Numbered from the stretch's first letter, positions 1 through 13,600 are shown. The stretch is DNA of 64,000 nt from Trichoplax adhaerens (GCF_000150275.1 NW_002060946.1:4917454-4981453); one strand, 5' to 3'. Notes: generated by a model not told the origin, from the sequence alone. A program made the numbers and translations.

Positions 1-1667
1 AAAAGATTTATAATTATTCGATGAAAAATATAGTATACTCGCTTAGAAATGAAAGCATTAAAAACATTGATAAAAGCATATAAATGCCTCTTCAGCCCTA
101 CAAATTTAGCTTACCGTTATACGAACAAAAGTATTAGCTACATAAATTAAAATGAAAGTTTACAGCTGCAGGTAGTTTTGGATTTATGTTAAAATAATTC
201 AATTAATCACAAATTTCAGCCATGGAATAATAAATAGAATCTCTGCCATCCTTTCAATTTGTGTTCAGAACGCACAATTTTTGCAAAAACTTCAAATTCA
301 TCGAATCTATTTATAAACTTAATTTCGGGAGTACTCAAAACTTGAAGCTAGTTTCTGTTTATTAATGTAAGCAATACTTAAATGTAGCGATGCTACAACG
401 GTCCAGCTTAAAGATCCTTCTTAAGAACCAATCTTTAAAGCCAGTATTCTTTACTTTCCAAGTAACTAAGTTGCACAATTATACATTATATTACGCGCAT
501 GACAGATACGCTGACTGATATGTTTTAATATTGTAGAGAAAGAGCAAACTAATTTGTACACTCTGTTCAAATCCTGTAGTCTATACAATATCAACTAGAG
601 TTAATTCTACTTTACTGCTTTAAGGATTATAAAATATTAATTGCTGAAATAACTGAAGGTGCCACATATTTATTGTAGCTATTTCTTTCAGAATAGAATT
701 TCGGCTTATCTAAATAAAACGTGAAATACTTTTATAAAATGACCGCAATAATATTAATGTGTTACATGTTTCAAAATAGTAATGAGTAAAATGAGCGTTA
801 TTCTATCAGCTGGCGATAAAACTCATGTTAATTTTATTATTCGTTCGATTACAAGTACTGTAATAGTTTTCCGATGAAAATTGCGACTAATTTTTAACAT
901 TATGACTTGAAACGAACGCTGAGTTAATAATATAGTACGTTTTTACCAACATGATCAGATCCGTTCAATTACAAACAAACACAACATTACAAACAAGAGT
1001 GTTAAAATAGCCATAATAGGAGCAATTATAATTATAAGATAAAAAAATTCAAGTTAGTATAATATTAGAAACAACACATCTCTAAATAGATAGACATCAT
1101 TAAGAAAAATTGTGATGATACCTCTTCAAAATAACTATATAAAGCTGATGCTGTCTATCACTGTACCAATAAAGTATTAGATGAATATTTAATATTTAAT
1201 ATCCCTTGGGAAAAAATTTAATGTGATTACGTACTTGCTTATTTAAGTAGGTTGAGAATATCATTCCTAAACAACACATACACTAAAAAATATTGCCTTT
1301 TTATGGCATTAGCAGAAGAAATGGCGAAGGTATCTATACCAGTTAAATATCTCTCCTATACTGATGGCCTCTTAACTCTATCATGTACTGTTGGTATTAC
1401 GATTCTTAGACAAATAGTAATCAAGGTCTTATAGATATATCGCAACATTAGCAACATCATCAGTATTAATATAAAAAAACATGAAGATTAAAATAAATCT
1501 AAGTCTTAGAAACCAAAATCTAGAACAATTATCATTATGTATTCACTACATAAACTACTACTTTAAATTTCGTTAACCGTCATACATTAAAATACTGTGT
1601 TAACTAATAACATATTACCAGTTATGCTGTGTAATGACAAATAGATCATGTTATTGAGGCTAAATTT

Positions 1668-4600
1668 CTAATTTCCGCCGTAGCCACTTTTAGCTGACTG
1701 TTGGCGAGCATAACCGTCGTATTTTCTTCGTTCAACGTCAGTTCTAATTTCATCTACCAAATCTATGTCTACGTCCTCATGCTGAAATTCAATTTCTTCA
1801 GATAAAATTTCGCCCGCTGCACTATTTCGTAATTCTTGCTCATCCAGATCCATTTGTTGCCGTAACTTGGCTAACATTTGATCTCTATCACTACTGCTGC
1901 CTGTGATGACAGTTTGCTTTGTTTGTACGATGTGACCTTCAGCCGTTACTACAGTATCTTTACTTCTTTTCAGTTTTTCAATTTCTTCCAGAGGTAATCT
2001 TCGCGAGATTTTCTTCTTAATAACAATTTGACCGCCAGGTAATTGAGTCTTTTCGTATGTAACTCCACTTGCTACTTCTGATTCAAAATGCTCGATGACG
2101 TCTTCTCTTCCAATTCCAACCAGTGCAGATTCTAGTTTAACACCAGTGGCATCTCTACCTGATCTAACAGCCCATGTATGTAAAATATTCTGTGCAGCAG
2201 CTGTACTATTTGGTGAGCATTCTGCATCAATTGCTTTTATGTCTGATTCTTTTAACTGCAATTCCCTAGCTAACTGAGGCCAATCGTTACCGATCACTGC
2301 AGCCACGCTAGCAATATTACTCTGATCATCGTTTGACTCGCTATTACCGATACCATGCTCAGTAATTTCTTTAATAGCGACATCCATAGTTTCAGCAAAG
2401 ACTCGATATTCATGGCTGATAGTTACATTACCTTCGGGTCCTTCTCCTTGTGGCAATACAACACCCAAAGTGCACAACATCTGCGATACTGTTCTCCCGT
2501 CAACTTTAGCATCACGCACAAAGGACATTAACCCTTTTGGTGGATCGCTGGGTGTAGTTACACGAACGCTACCATCTAATACGTTCTCGCGATAAGGTTT
2601 GAAATCCATTTGCCATGAAGCAGATTTGGCTTTGATAGGTAATAAATTTCCACTACATTGTATACTAACTCGGCTTCCATCAATGATTGGAACATTTTCC
2701 TTACTTGCAATTTGGACCATCCCTTCGTGAAAATCTAAACTATCATATAGACCATCATTGGTCATGCAGGCAATACGCATGCTAGCTTCTCCAGGCTGAT
2801 AGGAGTTAGCAAAAATTGCTACATTAGCTAAGTAAGGGACGGCAGTTATCTTGCGGTATAATGTTGATCCTTTATCTTTCGCAGTCAAAGCTTGTCGGAC
2901 TTGGATAATCCAATATCTGTTTTAATCAGGAAGATTAATTTCACAAGAGTTATTATTATTGAAATTTAGCATATACTAATCGTTAAATTTTGTTACAATA
3001 GAACATTTACAAATATAAAATATACAATAATATACATGCCAAAATAAATTTCAAATTTTTTACCAACTAATTCGTATTAATTATACCTACCGTGCAAATT
3101 GATTGGTACTAAAAGAAAGTATGCCATTTCCTTCATCAATAATTTCTGTTGAGTCAGTGATATCTTCCCATTGTGGTTGCTTATCGTAAGGGGTTATGCT
3201 TCTCAGTAAGCGGATAGGACTATTAGGATCTGCCTTAGGATGTAATACCAGATCGGGAAGAGTTATCGTTACAGCTTGCTTCAATCGAATTCGAGGCTCC
3301 AATGTCACCACTGGTGTTGCACCAGACACACTAGTTACTGATAAATCATCAGGATAAACCGGTAAGACCTGGATATAAGAATCACTTTCTTTATGAAAGC
3401 ATCCTGGAGGAACATCAACTCTTACGAAGGGAACAAATGAAGAGAAAATTGCACCGCCATCGTTACTTATGTCAGCATCTTCACGACAAATGCGACTAAT
3501 TACGGCAAAGTAAGAGGGGAGACTTTGTGTACTGATGGCAACGTAGTATTCATCGTCGTCGCTGTTTTCATCAATTGGCAACACTCTACAGGACTTACAA
3601 TCACTCCAGCCGTCACCTCTTTCACTACTCATAACACAAATTTCTCGACTATAGCCTTCAATAGCGATATAATAAGGTATTTCGATGCTGACAGGCTTCG
3701 AAAAGTATGTACCTGCTGGACTAATTTCTAACACACGATTTGCCAAAGCTTCAGCGTCTTTTAAATTGGGTTGTATAGTTCGTCCACTATTACCCTTTTT
3801 CTCTAATAATCTGCATTCAATTTTAACCGGCGACTGAACTGAGTTTGGTGGTATTATAATTCTTATGCCAAAACGTGAGCTAATTAATGTACCCCCTTCA
3901 GGACCAACAACCGTACCTTGGTGAGGATTACTAACTTCATCAAATTCCACGTCAATACCTTCAGGTGGTGGTAAATTAGATACACTTTTATGTGAAGCAG
4001 TTTTCTGTGAAGCTTCCGCTTTCGCTTTTTCCGCAGCTAGCATTGCCGCTCTAGCAGCTGCTTCTTCCATATCTTGGTCTTCATCATCGATCAATCGATA
4101 ATCATGAACAACATTTGTAGTAACGGTATTATAAGTTGTAACGCGACTAGCAGGTTTGAGTGCAGGTGTATCTTGACGTCGCCACATTTTACTATTTTCC
4201 GGAGTAGGGACAACAAAAGCTCGACCGGTTTCACCTGGTCCTGCGATCGAATCTCGTATCTTATTTTCAAACATCGAACGACGAGCCGAGAAATCTTGCT
4301 TTTCAGGAGATTCAGGAGTTTCATTAGTATAATTTTCCTCAGGTGGTGGTACTCGTCTTAAAGCAGCCATATCCATAACAATTTCATCTTCTTCAGGAGG
4401 AGGAGGCGGAGGAATAGGTGGTGCATCCTGCTCTTCCGGTAATTCCACTTCACTTATAACATCAACAGGTGGTGGTGGTATAGGAGGAGGAGATGCGTCA
4501 TCACTAGGTCGAGGTGGTACCCGAGGTGGCGATTGATCCTTTCTACCTTTCTTTCTAAAGGAGAAAGTTTTCTTTAGACGTTTCCCGAAACTTGGCTTCT

Positions 4601-7600
4601 TAGTAATCTTAGTACCAGATGGATCCTCGGGAGGTTCTTCAGCTATTGCTCCTAACCTGCTTTCCATGACAGGTTTACTAGTCGAAGGTTGTATTGTATT
4701 TGTAGTAGGACGACTTGACGGCATAGATGTAGATTCAATGATATACACTATGGTGCCATCAGCTCTTTTCATCATTTTATACGGACCTGAGGTAGGCATT
4801 TTGGTCGTTTCTGTAATGTAGACCGTAGTTCCATCTTCTCTTTTTACTTCAGTAATACGATCTTCAGCTGCTGACTGAGGACGATATTGTTGCTCAGTTA
4901 TATACACAATTGTACCATCTTCTCGTCTCATTGCACGGAATTTACCAACAGCAGGCATATACGTACTTTCAGTAATATATGCGACCGTACCGTCAGCCCT
5001 AGTAACCTTCTTGACTGGTGCAGGCATGTATGATTGTTCCCCGTAATATTCAACTGTACCATCTGAGCGTTTCATAGCTTTAAATGGACCTGACGGTGGT
5101 AGATACGTAAACTTCGATATATAAACTACTGAACCATCCGCACGTCTAACAGGTGCCATTCCTTTCGATGCTGGGTCCTGATTTGATGGTGGAAGATTCT
5201 CATCCAAGAAGACAATAACTCCATCATCTCGTCTCATAGCACGATACTTATCATCACTAGGGATATATGTAGTTTCACGAATATAGTATACACTGTTATC
5301 ATCGCGAGTTACTGCTATTATTCGCGGTTCTGGAAGACGTTCATCAAGTTGTTGGCGGTAAATTACAGAACCATCCTCTAACTGAATGGTTTCATGAGGA
5401 CCTTGAGGTTGATAATAGGTTTCTGAATATAGCATATTCTGACCACTGGGTAATTGAACTTCACGCACAACTTCTTCACCAAGATCATTAACCGGTACAT
5501 AATTGACTTCAATAATATAAATAATTGTGCCATCTGGTCGTTTTGATTTACGATAGTTACCTTCAGGTGGTTTAAATGTTGTTTCGGTAATGAGTGTTAA
5601 ACTACCATCACTATGGCGTACTTCGCGAGTTACAGCTTCACCAGCTACTTGATCTTCAGGTAAGTAAGTTACCTCGGTAATATAAACTACACTACCATCA
5701 GGTCTAGTTTCAGTTTTATATTCACCTTCTGGTGGCGGTGCAGTCGATTCGGTAATATAAGTAACACTACCGTCAGCATTAAGAACTTCACGGGTATAAA
5801 CTGTTTCATAGCCATCATCATCGGGAGGCATATAAGTTGTTTCAACAATATAAACAACGGTACCATCAGCTCTTGTTAATACCTTATATTCACCAGATTC
5901 CGGTGGCTGACTCATCTCCGTTACTAGAGTTATGCTACCATCAGCATTTTTGACTTCTCGTGTATCACCACTAACAAAATCCATGGGCAGGTATAAAGTT
6001 TCAATGACATAAAGAACGGTACCATCCTCTAAGCGGACGGTACGATAATCGCCATGACTCGGTTTGATTGTCGTTTCCGTAATATACATTATACTACCAT
6101 CAGCACGAACAAATTCTCTAGCATGCATTATTTCATTTTTGTCACGTCTCTGTCTCATGGATACATAGCGTTCACTCAAGCTAGTGTAGTATCTTTCCAG
6201 ATTCGTTCGATGTAAATCACGCCAATCATTATCTTCTTCTGGATAATAAACGGATACATTGTCAGAAGCATTATCTTCATCATCTACCTTCAACACTTCC
6301 GGTCTTAAATTCATTTCCATAACAGCAGCACTACGCATTTGTGCCATTTGTTCATCGCTCATATATTCTTCCTCTGTATATTGTTGTAATATCCTAATAC
6401 ATTCTTCCTGGTTAGCAAAGTATGCAAGTTGTAAGGCCGTCAAATTACTAGCTGTTCGTAATTGACAATTTGCACTATATTCTCGTGCTAAAGCATCCAC
6501 GATATTTGCGTGTCCTTGCTGAGCTGCCATATGAAGCGGTGTTAGACCGTCTTTAGTTTGATCATTAATGCCAGCACCACGGCAGATTAATAATATTGCA
6601 GTGGCAATATTACCGTAGTAACATGCAACATGTAGTGAAGTATATCCTGCTAATGTTACTGCATTGATTGGTGCTCCATAATCGAGTAATCTAGCTGCCA
6701 TATTGACAAAGTCTTCTTGTGCTGCAAGATGAAGTGGAGTCATGCCATTCTTAGCTGGTATGCCAGTCTCTGCATCGTATTCAATCAATACTTTAACTAT
6801 ATTATCGTAGCCATATTGGGCTGCTAAATGGATAGGGGCAATTCCATTCTAAATCAAGATGTAATTAAGATTTGTATTACTTTCTGTAATCGTTATAAAA
6901 TTTTGAATAAAATCATAGAAAAGAAAATATCAATTGTATAGAGAGCATCCTCTATCGTAATATTTTAGTATTTTATGGTATTAATATTTTTACCCTTGTT
7001 TGTTCATTCGGTAATGCCTTATGTTCTAAGAGTATCTTAACAATCTTCAAGTGTCCTCGTTTACAAGCAATATGCAAAGGTGTAAATCCATTCTAATTAT
7101 AAGACAAGATATTCAAATGCTATAAGTACTGGTAATATATAAGAATAAAATTTTATATATTAATATTTTCAATCATTTGATTACTTTCACTCTGAGATAA
7201 GGGCTTGCGCCATGTCCTAAAAGCAACAACGCTATCTCGACACGATCATAATGTGCAGCGACATGTAGAGGAGTGATCCCGTTCTAAAAGATAAAATTTT
7301 TAAGATAAATTATACACCACTCTAGTAAACTATGACCAAAACTACTTTGACTGTTTAAAATTTAGAAAAGAATATCCAAGAAATTATAATTAATATAGAT
7401 ATAAAATGGTGTATAAAGACATAATGTATTTATCGTACTTTTCCTTCGGCATCTGGTGAAGCAAATTTTTTCAACAGCAGAGATACAATTTTTGTTCTAC
7501 CATGTTTCGTAGCTGTGTGTAATGGCGTATAACCAACCTAAATATAATCATTTCATTGATAAAGAAGATTAACCTATTATATTACGTAGCAGATACAATC

Positions 7601-10600
7601 AAGATTATTGTATTCTTACTTTAATAAATATTTATTATGTGTGTGTTTATAGGTAATTGCAAACCTTTGTCGTTAAGCTAAGTGATGCACCATTTTGGAG
7701 TAGAACATCTACGACATGAATATGGCCTTCCTTACAGGCAATTTGAAGTGGTGTTTGGCATGACTATTTAAAATTTAATAATATAAAAAATATAAGAAAT
7801 AAAATCGTATCCTATTTTGATACACTAACAAGTTTGTATAACAAAGGACTGTATCTTTTTACAATTACGGAAAATTCTATCAAAAAAAAATTCTTATACC
7901 TTTGTCATTGCATCTGCTTGCGCTCCAAAATCGATCAAGGTTTGAACCATTTCACCATGACCTAAATAGCTGATAATATGCAAGGGTGTAATTCCTTGCT
8001 AAATGATAAATAAACGAATAAGAAGTTAGTTTAATTGGTTATTATTGTCATTAATTAAAAAAAAAAGAAGGTGTTTCAATCGGAAATGTAATCAACATAT
8101 TCGATTTTAATTAGTAATACAATTATTGTTTACGAATTGTAGATACGGTGTATATTTTAACCGACTGTAAAAATCTTACCCGAGCCTTTGCGTCGGCATT
8201 TGCCCCCATCTTGAGTAGATACTGAGCAATATCTTCGTGGCGAATACGTCCGGCAACATGCAATGCCGTTTCACCTTTCTAATATTGTTAAATACATATA
8301 TAACAATAATTGGTCAGTTTAACATGTTAAAAAGTACGATAATAAACTTATCTCAATTCAAAAAATGACGAATTTCATTCATTATTTCTCACCCTGTCAA
8401 CAGTATCAATTGATGCTCCTTTACGAACTAATAATTCAACTATATCATAATTGCTGAAAAAAGTTGCAACATGTAATGGGCTTAAACCAGCCTATGATAA
8501 AAATTTAATTATAAAAGCAAACCATTTAAATATTTATAAATTAAAAAAAAAAAATACTTTGTCTAGTAAAATTGATCTACGTATCAATTTAATAAGGGTA
8601 TACCTGAGTTTGAGATTGTATTGATGAACCTCGATCTAATAATAGTTCTACAACTTCATATCGATTTTTCTTGCAAGCAACATGTAATGGAGTAAAACCA
8701 TTCTATAATAAACAAACACAAATTATGTCTTCATATTGAATTTTGTATTAGGCACAGGGCAAGGTACACAATATCTTTTCTATAAATGCGATGGACAAAT
8801 TGTATTTTTGAATTAATTACCAGAGATTTAGCATTTGCGTCGGCACTGCTGTCAAGGAGATAACGTGCAGCATCAACGTGACCATAATGAGCAGAAATAT
8901 GTAACGCTGTAATATTATCCTATTCAATATATTAATAATAAAAAAAATAAGTTGAGTATCATATACGTATACTTACTTTACCCCTAATATACGTATATTA
9001 TATTAAAGTACGTTAACTAGCGTAACATATCCTACTACTAATTCATTGTTCATATAGGCAAAACATTAGCAGTGATCAAAAATGAAATTACTACATACAT
9101 TTGTTAATGTGTCAACATATGCGTTGAAAGCCAATAAAAGCTTAATAACACGGACATGATTATCTTGTGTTGCCATATGTAGAGGAGTCAATCCACTCTG
9201 AGAAAAAAAAAATTGAAAAAATATTTGATGTATTAGTTGTCAAAAGCATGTCTTGATACTAAAGTTTGACATTTATGTAAAGTAATGCATAGTATGTATA
9301 GTATAGTTGATGTTAAAGCCATCATATGCGATCACTTTGCTTACTTTGGATTTGTGCTCAACTAAGTCATTACGATCATGAAGTAGTTCACCCACAACTT
9401 CATCTTTACCAAATCTTGAAGCGGTGTGCAAAGGGATTAAGCCATCCTTAGTATGAGCTTCTTGATCAGCTTGATGATAGAGCAGGAGACGGACTAATTC
9501 GACAAAACCTTTATTGGCAGATACGTGCAACGGTGTGATATTATTCTATAAAAGTACAGTTGTGGCGTTAGTCATAGGCCTTTTATACCAGGTACAACTA
9601 ATAGCAATGTATCTATCGCTACATCACTTTTAATTTCATTTTATTGAATGGTTACAAGTAGATTCAAGGTTATTTTTACTTACTGATGCAAAGATATTAA
9701 CTCTAGCACCATATTCAATTAAAATTCTAGCTACGTCTGCACTACCATAATGGCAAGCAACGTGCAATGGGGTAAATTTATGCTAAAATTATGAAAAGAG
9801 AAATGTTCAAAAAAAGATATTTGCTTACAAAATTGGATATAAACTTGTATAATATAAATAAAATGAAGATGAAATAGGTGTAAGCGAGTCTATTACCTTG
9901 GCCATTCCTTCTATTTCAATATTTTCTTTCTGTAACAGAAACATGGCAGATTTTCCATCATTTCTGCGTGATATATCATGCAATAAGGAAAATCCTTCTT
10001 TAGTATCGTGTTCACGAAGAACTGCAACAACATCTTCATGGCCTTGTTGTAAAGCTACAGCAAGTGGAGTAAAGCCGTCCTAAATAATGAAATGATAAAT
10101 TTTTAAAATTAATTTTCAGTGACTAAATAATAAATCAATTCATCCATTGGAAAGGTAAGCTAAACCTCGGTCGCTTTTCTCTGATTGGCACCATTTTCTA
10201 AAAGGAGTCTTACAACATCAAGATGGTTCTCTTGAGAGGCCATGTAAAGCGGAGTAAAGCCACTCTATAACCGGTAAAAAAAAAAAAAATATCATCAGAA
10301 ATACTCCATCTGGTCGAATTTCGTATTTTCCTTTCGATTATCTACCGTAAATAAATTACATAAAACTAACTCGAGAGCTTGAATTGACTTCTGCACCCCT
10401 TTCCAATAACAATGTTGTCGTTTCATATTGGCCGGCTAGGGAAGCAATATGCAACGCCGTATTTCCTTTCTAAATTGCAAGTTGTAATAATATATGTCAT
10501 TCAATAAGATTAATCGCTACAATGTGGTCATTTTAATGGTTACATTGGAAAAAGTATGAATGCCGCATGATGGCCAAAAGTATTACTTTAGTTTCAGCTT

Positions 10601-13600
10601 CAATATCTGCACCACGAAGCAATAACGTTTTGACAATTTCAGTATGACCTTCTTTCGCCGCTAAGTGTAAAGCATTCAATCCATTCTAGATAGTATAAAG
10701 TAAGGTTCATATTAGCCAATGTTCAAACTTGAATACTTTTCTAACATTTCTAGTCGATGTTGTTACTTACACTATTACATGTGTTAATAGGTATTCCATT
10801 GCTTAAGGCTTGAAGAACTTTGTCCTCTTCACCTGAGCGTGCAGCTCTAAGAAATGCTGCGCTGTTTTCCGACTACAAGTGATTGAACAACAGCTATTAT
10901 TAGTACATTTTCGTTTCGCATGAGGTAAAATAAACAAAGATTAAACATCCTCAATATCCATCTCTATCATAGCTAATACAAGCATACATTACAATAAACT
11001 ATGAATTAACTTTATCGATTGCGTCTTAATATCAGCTGTGTACTTCTACTCTACAGTATCATATTGTGGCATTATGTGGTCGGTCGTTGAGAAATGAGGA
11101 TATGATTCTGAATCATGGTTTCTCTTGAACCAACGATTGTCAAGACAACATGGGTGTGTGTTGACTACTAAGCCTACGAGTTACGGCCTGCCTGATGCTG
11201 CTACATTAATAACGTGATTTATTCTTCGCTCAAGGTGTCCCCACCGACTCTTTCTGGAAAGAGCTTTCGTAAGCATTACCGAGATAGGAGTCCCAGGGAC
11301 TCGTACTCTGCTATTGTTGAGGTCACGTGCACTATACCATGTCCACAATCAGCGTAACGCGCAAGCGTGACAGGATAGCGGAGTGGTCGCACTTACTGTA
11401 CTGTACAAACACTAACAGTAGACTCAGAGTGTAGCGACTGGTGACAAGGAACGCTCTTCACTATCTACACTCTATAACACTCGCTCTTTTTTTGGGGGGG
11501 GGGGGGAACTCAGTCACAGTGTACAGTACGTTACGATAGCGTACTCAGATGTATAGCAATACTGTACAGTACAGCAGTAGCACCCATCAGCGTCTGCAGT
11601 GGCTGTAGTAACGCGAATGAAAAAATTCTTGGTGTTGCGACTGTTGCAACATTTCATAAAAATGATGATTGTAGAATAGTAGAATTCCAATTACTGGAGT
11701 ACCCCCCCAACTGGCAATACAATCTGACAAATGATCTAAACCCAATTTATCCACGATATTTGCATAGCACAAACAAGATTGCAATTTACAACCAGAATTA
11801 AACCGATGCATTACAGTAAAGTAGTTCGCTACTGTACCAGGGTTCGATGCCATTTCATTTCATCATTGTTGTTGTGCTGCCGCAGTTTTACGCTCATGGT
11901 ATGTGGTCGTACTGGAGTAGTAAAGTTGATGGAACTGCCAGATACCAGTATTAGCAAAACGAATTTAGCCATGTCTGTGGATATCATCATCATTTATTAA
12001 ATATAGTACGTGTTTTAGACCTCCCTGAACCACTGCACTCATTTAGTCAAACTATAATAGTAAGCAGTCAATAGCATTTTTTCTTTCTATATTCAAGATC
12101 AAAGTTAAAACTGCGCTTTTTTACAGAAGTAAAGTGAATTGTAATCATTCGTCATAAATGCCCGAAAACGAAGAGGTATACGTCTATACTGTACGATAAC
12201 ATGGCATACACTATATCATATAACTAGTCGTAACTAGTAATAGTTCTACAATTTCAATTTTTCAAAAGTACTCGCCATCACCAAGATCAATTTTGGCTAC
12301 CGCAGCTAAAACTTAATACTGTATGTTACCAATGTTAAGCCATAATTTTAGTTCCGGCTCCATGCAAAGTGCGATGTTATATCAACATACGTAGTTGGAT
12401 CATTCATAAACAGTAAACAAAAACTCCCAAAGTACTGTTGCGGAATATAATGTGGACTGCAATTAAATTGTAACAATTACTGAATTGCTAACGTTTACGC
12501 TTAAGTAGCTCGCAATTTCTTACAAGCGCTGTTGTAAACTACCGTACTGTACTGTACAAATTTAAAATACGAACAGCGAATATGTTTGATTGCAAACAAG
12601 TATGACTGCATTCCTTACACCGACTGTTATTGCTTTTTCAGTTATCATTTAATTTACATACAGCACCGAGAATTGATTTCCGTGCTTTTGACATAAGATT
12701 GGATGGGGCCCCATCAACAGCTAACATTAGGAAGAGTACTAACAGCTTTCAAAAATATCAAGGTGTGTCTACATCAATAATATTTATTTACGATATGTGA
12801 ATTTCAACAAAGTGAAATATGGGCATTTATCACAATGCAGTATTATCGATCTAAGCTGTGGCTGCTGTGTTCGATATTCCGTTTCATCGATCGAATCGGT
12901 TGGATTGTCACTCCTATAAATTGTTGGCAATTACAGTAAATCATAACCATGGACTACTTTTTCCAGTAGTCCACGAATAACTTTAGCATTAGTTAAATGA
13001 TTCACAAGGAGATTTCTAAACTAATGGAGAAAATTGAAGGACGCTGCCTTAGTGGTGTCCGATGACTCAGGTGCTTAGGCGTGTCAACGGTGAGTCACGG
13101 TGCTATGTTGATGAGTCAAGTTCCGGTCATTTTTATGTAGGCCTTGGTCGTATCCATTTAAAGCTAGTTTGACGTATAGCCTAAAACCATATAGAACTTG
13201 GGCATAAAATTCCCATGGAAGATAGTAATAGGCATGGAGTAAAAGCGTACGGCGGTCAAACATAAAATATGTGAGTGTAAGTTCTCAAGCGTATTCGCTG
13301 TTAACACGAGCAGGTGGTGACTTGAAATATTCACATTGCCGTATGCACGGGATCGCTTTCCTATCAACTCCTCGCTACAGAGTTTAATTTTCAACAAATC
13401 AACATTAAATTATGACTTCAACTATCAATTCTAATCATTATAGCACTAAAAATGGGGAAAAATTGAAGTAATCAAAACGAATAAACAGCATGTTATCTTG
13501 ACTCTTTACACCTTTCGGCGTCAGGGCGTTAGAGGAAATGCAAACTGTTGAAAAAATGAAAAGGAGTTAATCAAAGTCGGTAATGGTATTGGCCCTGGTA

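Noticed and set aside
2095-6465. Antisense or alternate-frame ORFs overlapping ankyrin (similar cases in DLG5-like, hnRNP and RPUSD2)
   Set aside because: They are shadow frames of real coding exons.
3091-6848. Homology to the bilaterian giant-ankyrin exon
   Set aside because: That exon lies between UPA and the death domain, which are adjacent here, so the insert position differs.
11587-11853. MASNPG.. ORF as the ankyrin start exon
   Set aside because: Its nearby donor would be phase 1, but the acceptor at 10872 needs phase 0. MSTQ at 15058-15047 fits better.
12702-12715. Palindrome GATGGGGCCCCATC
   Set aside because: Isolated, with no second copy or context to suggest function.
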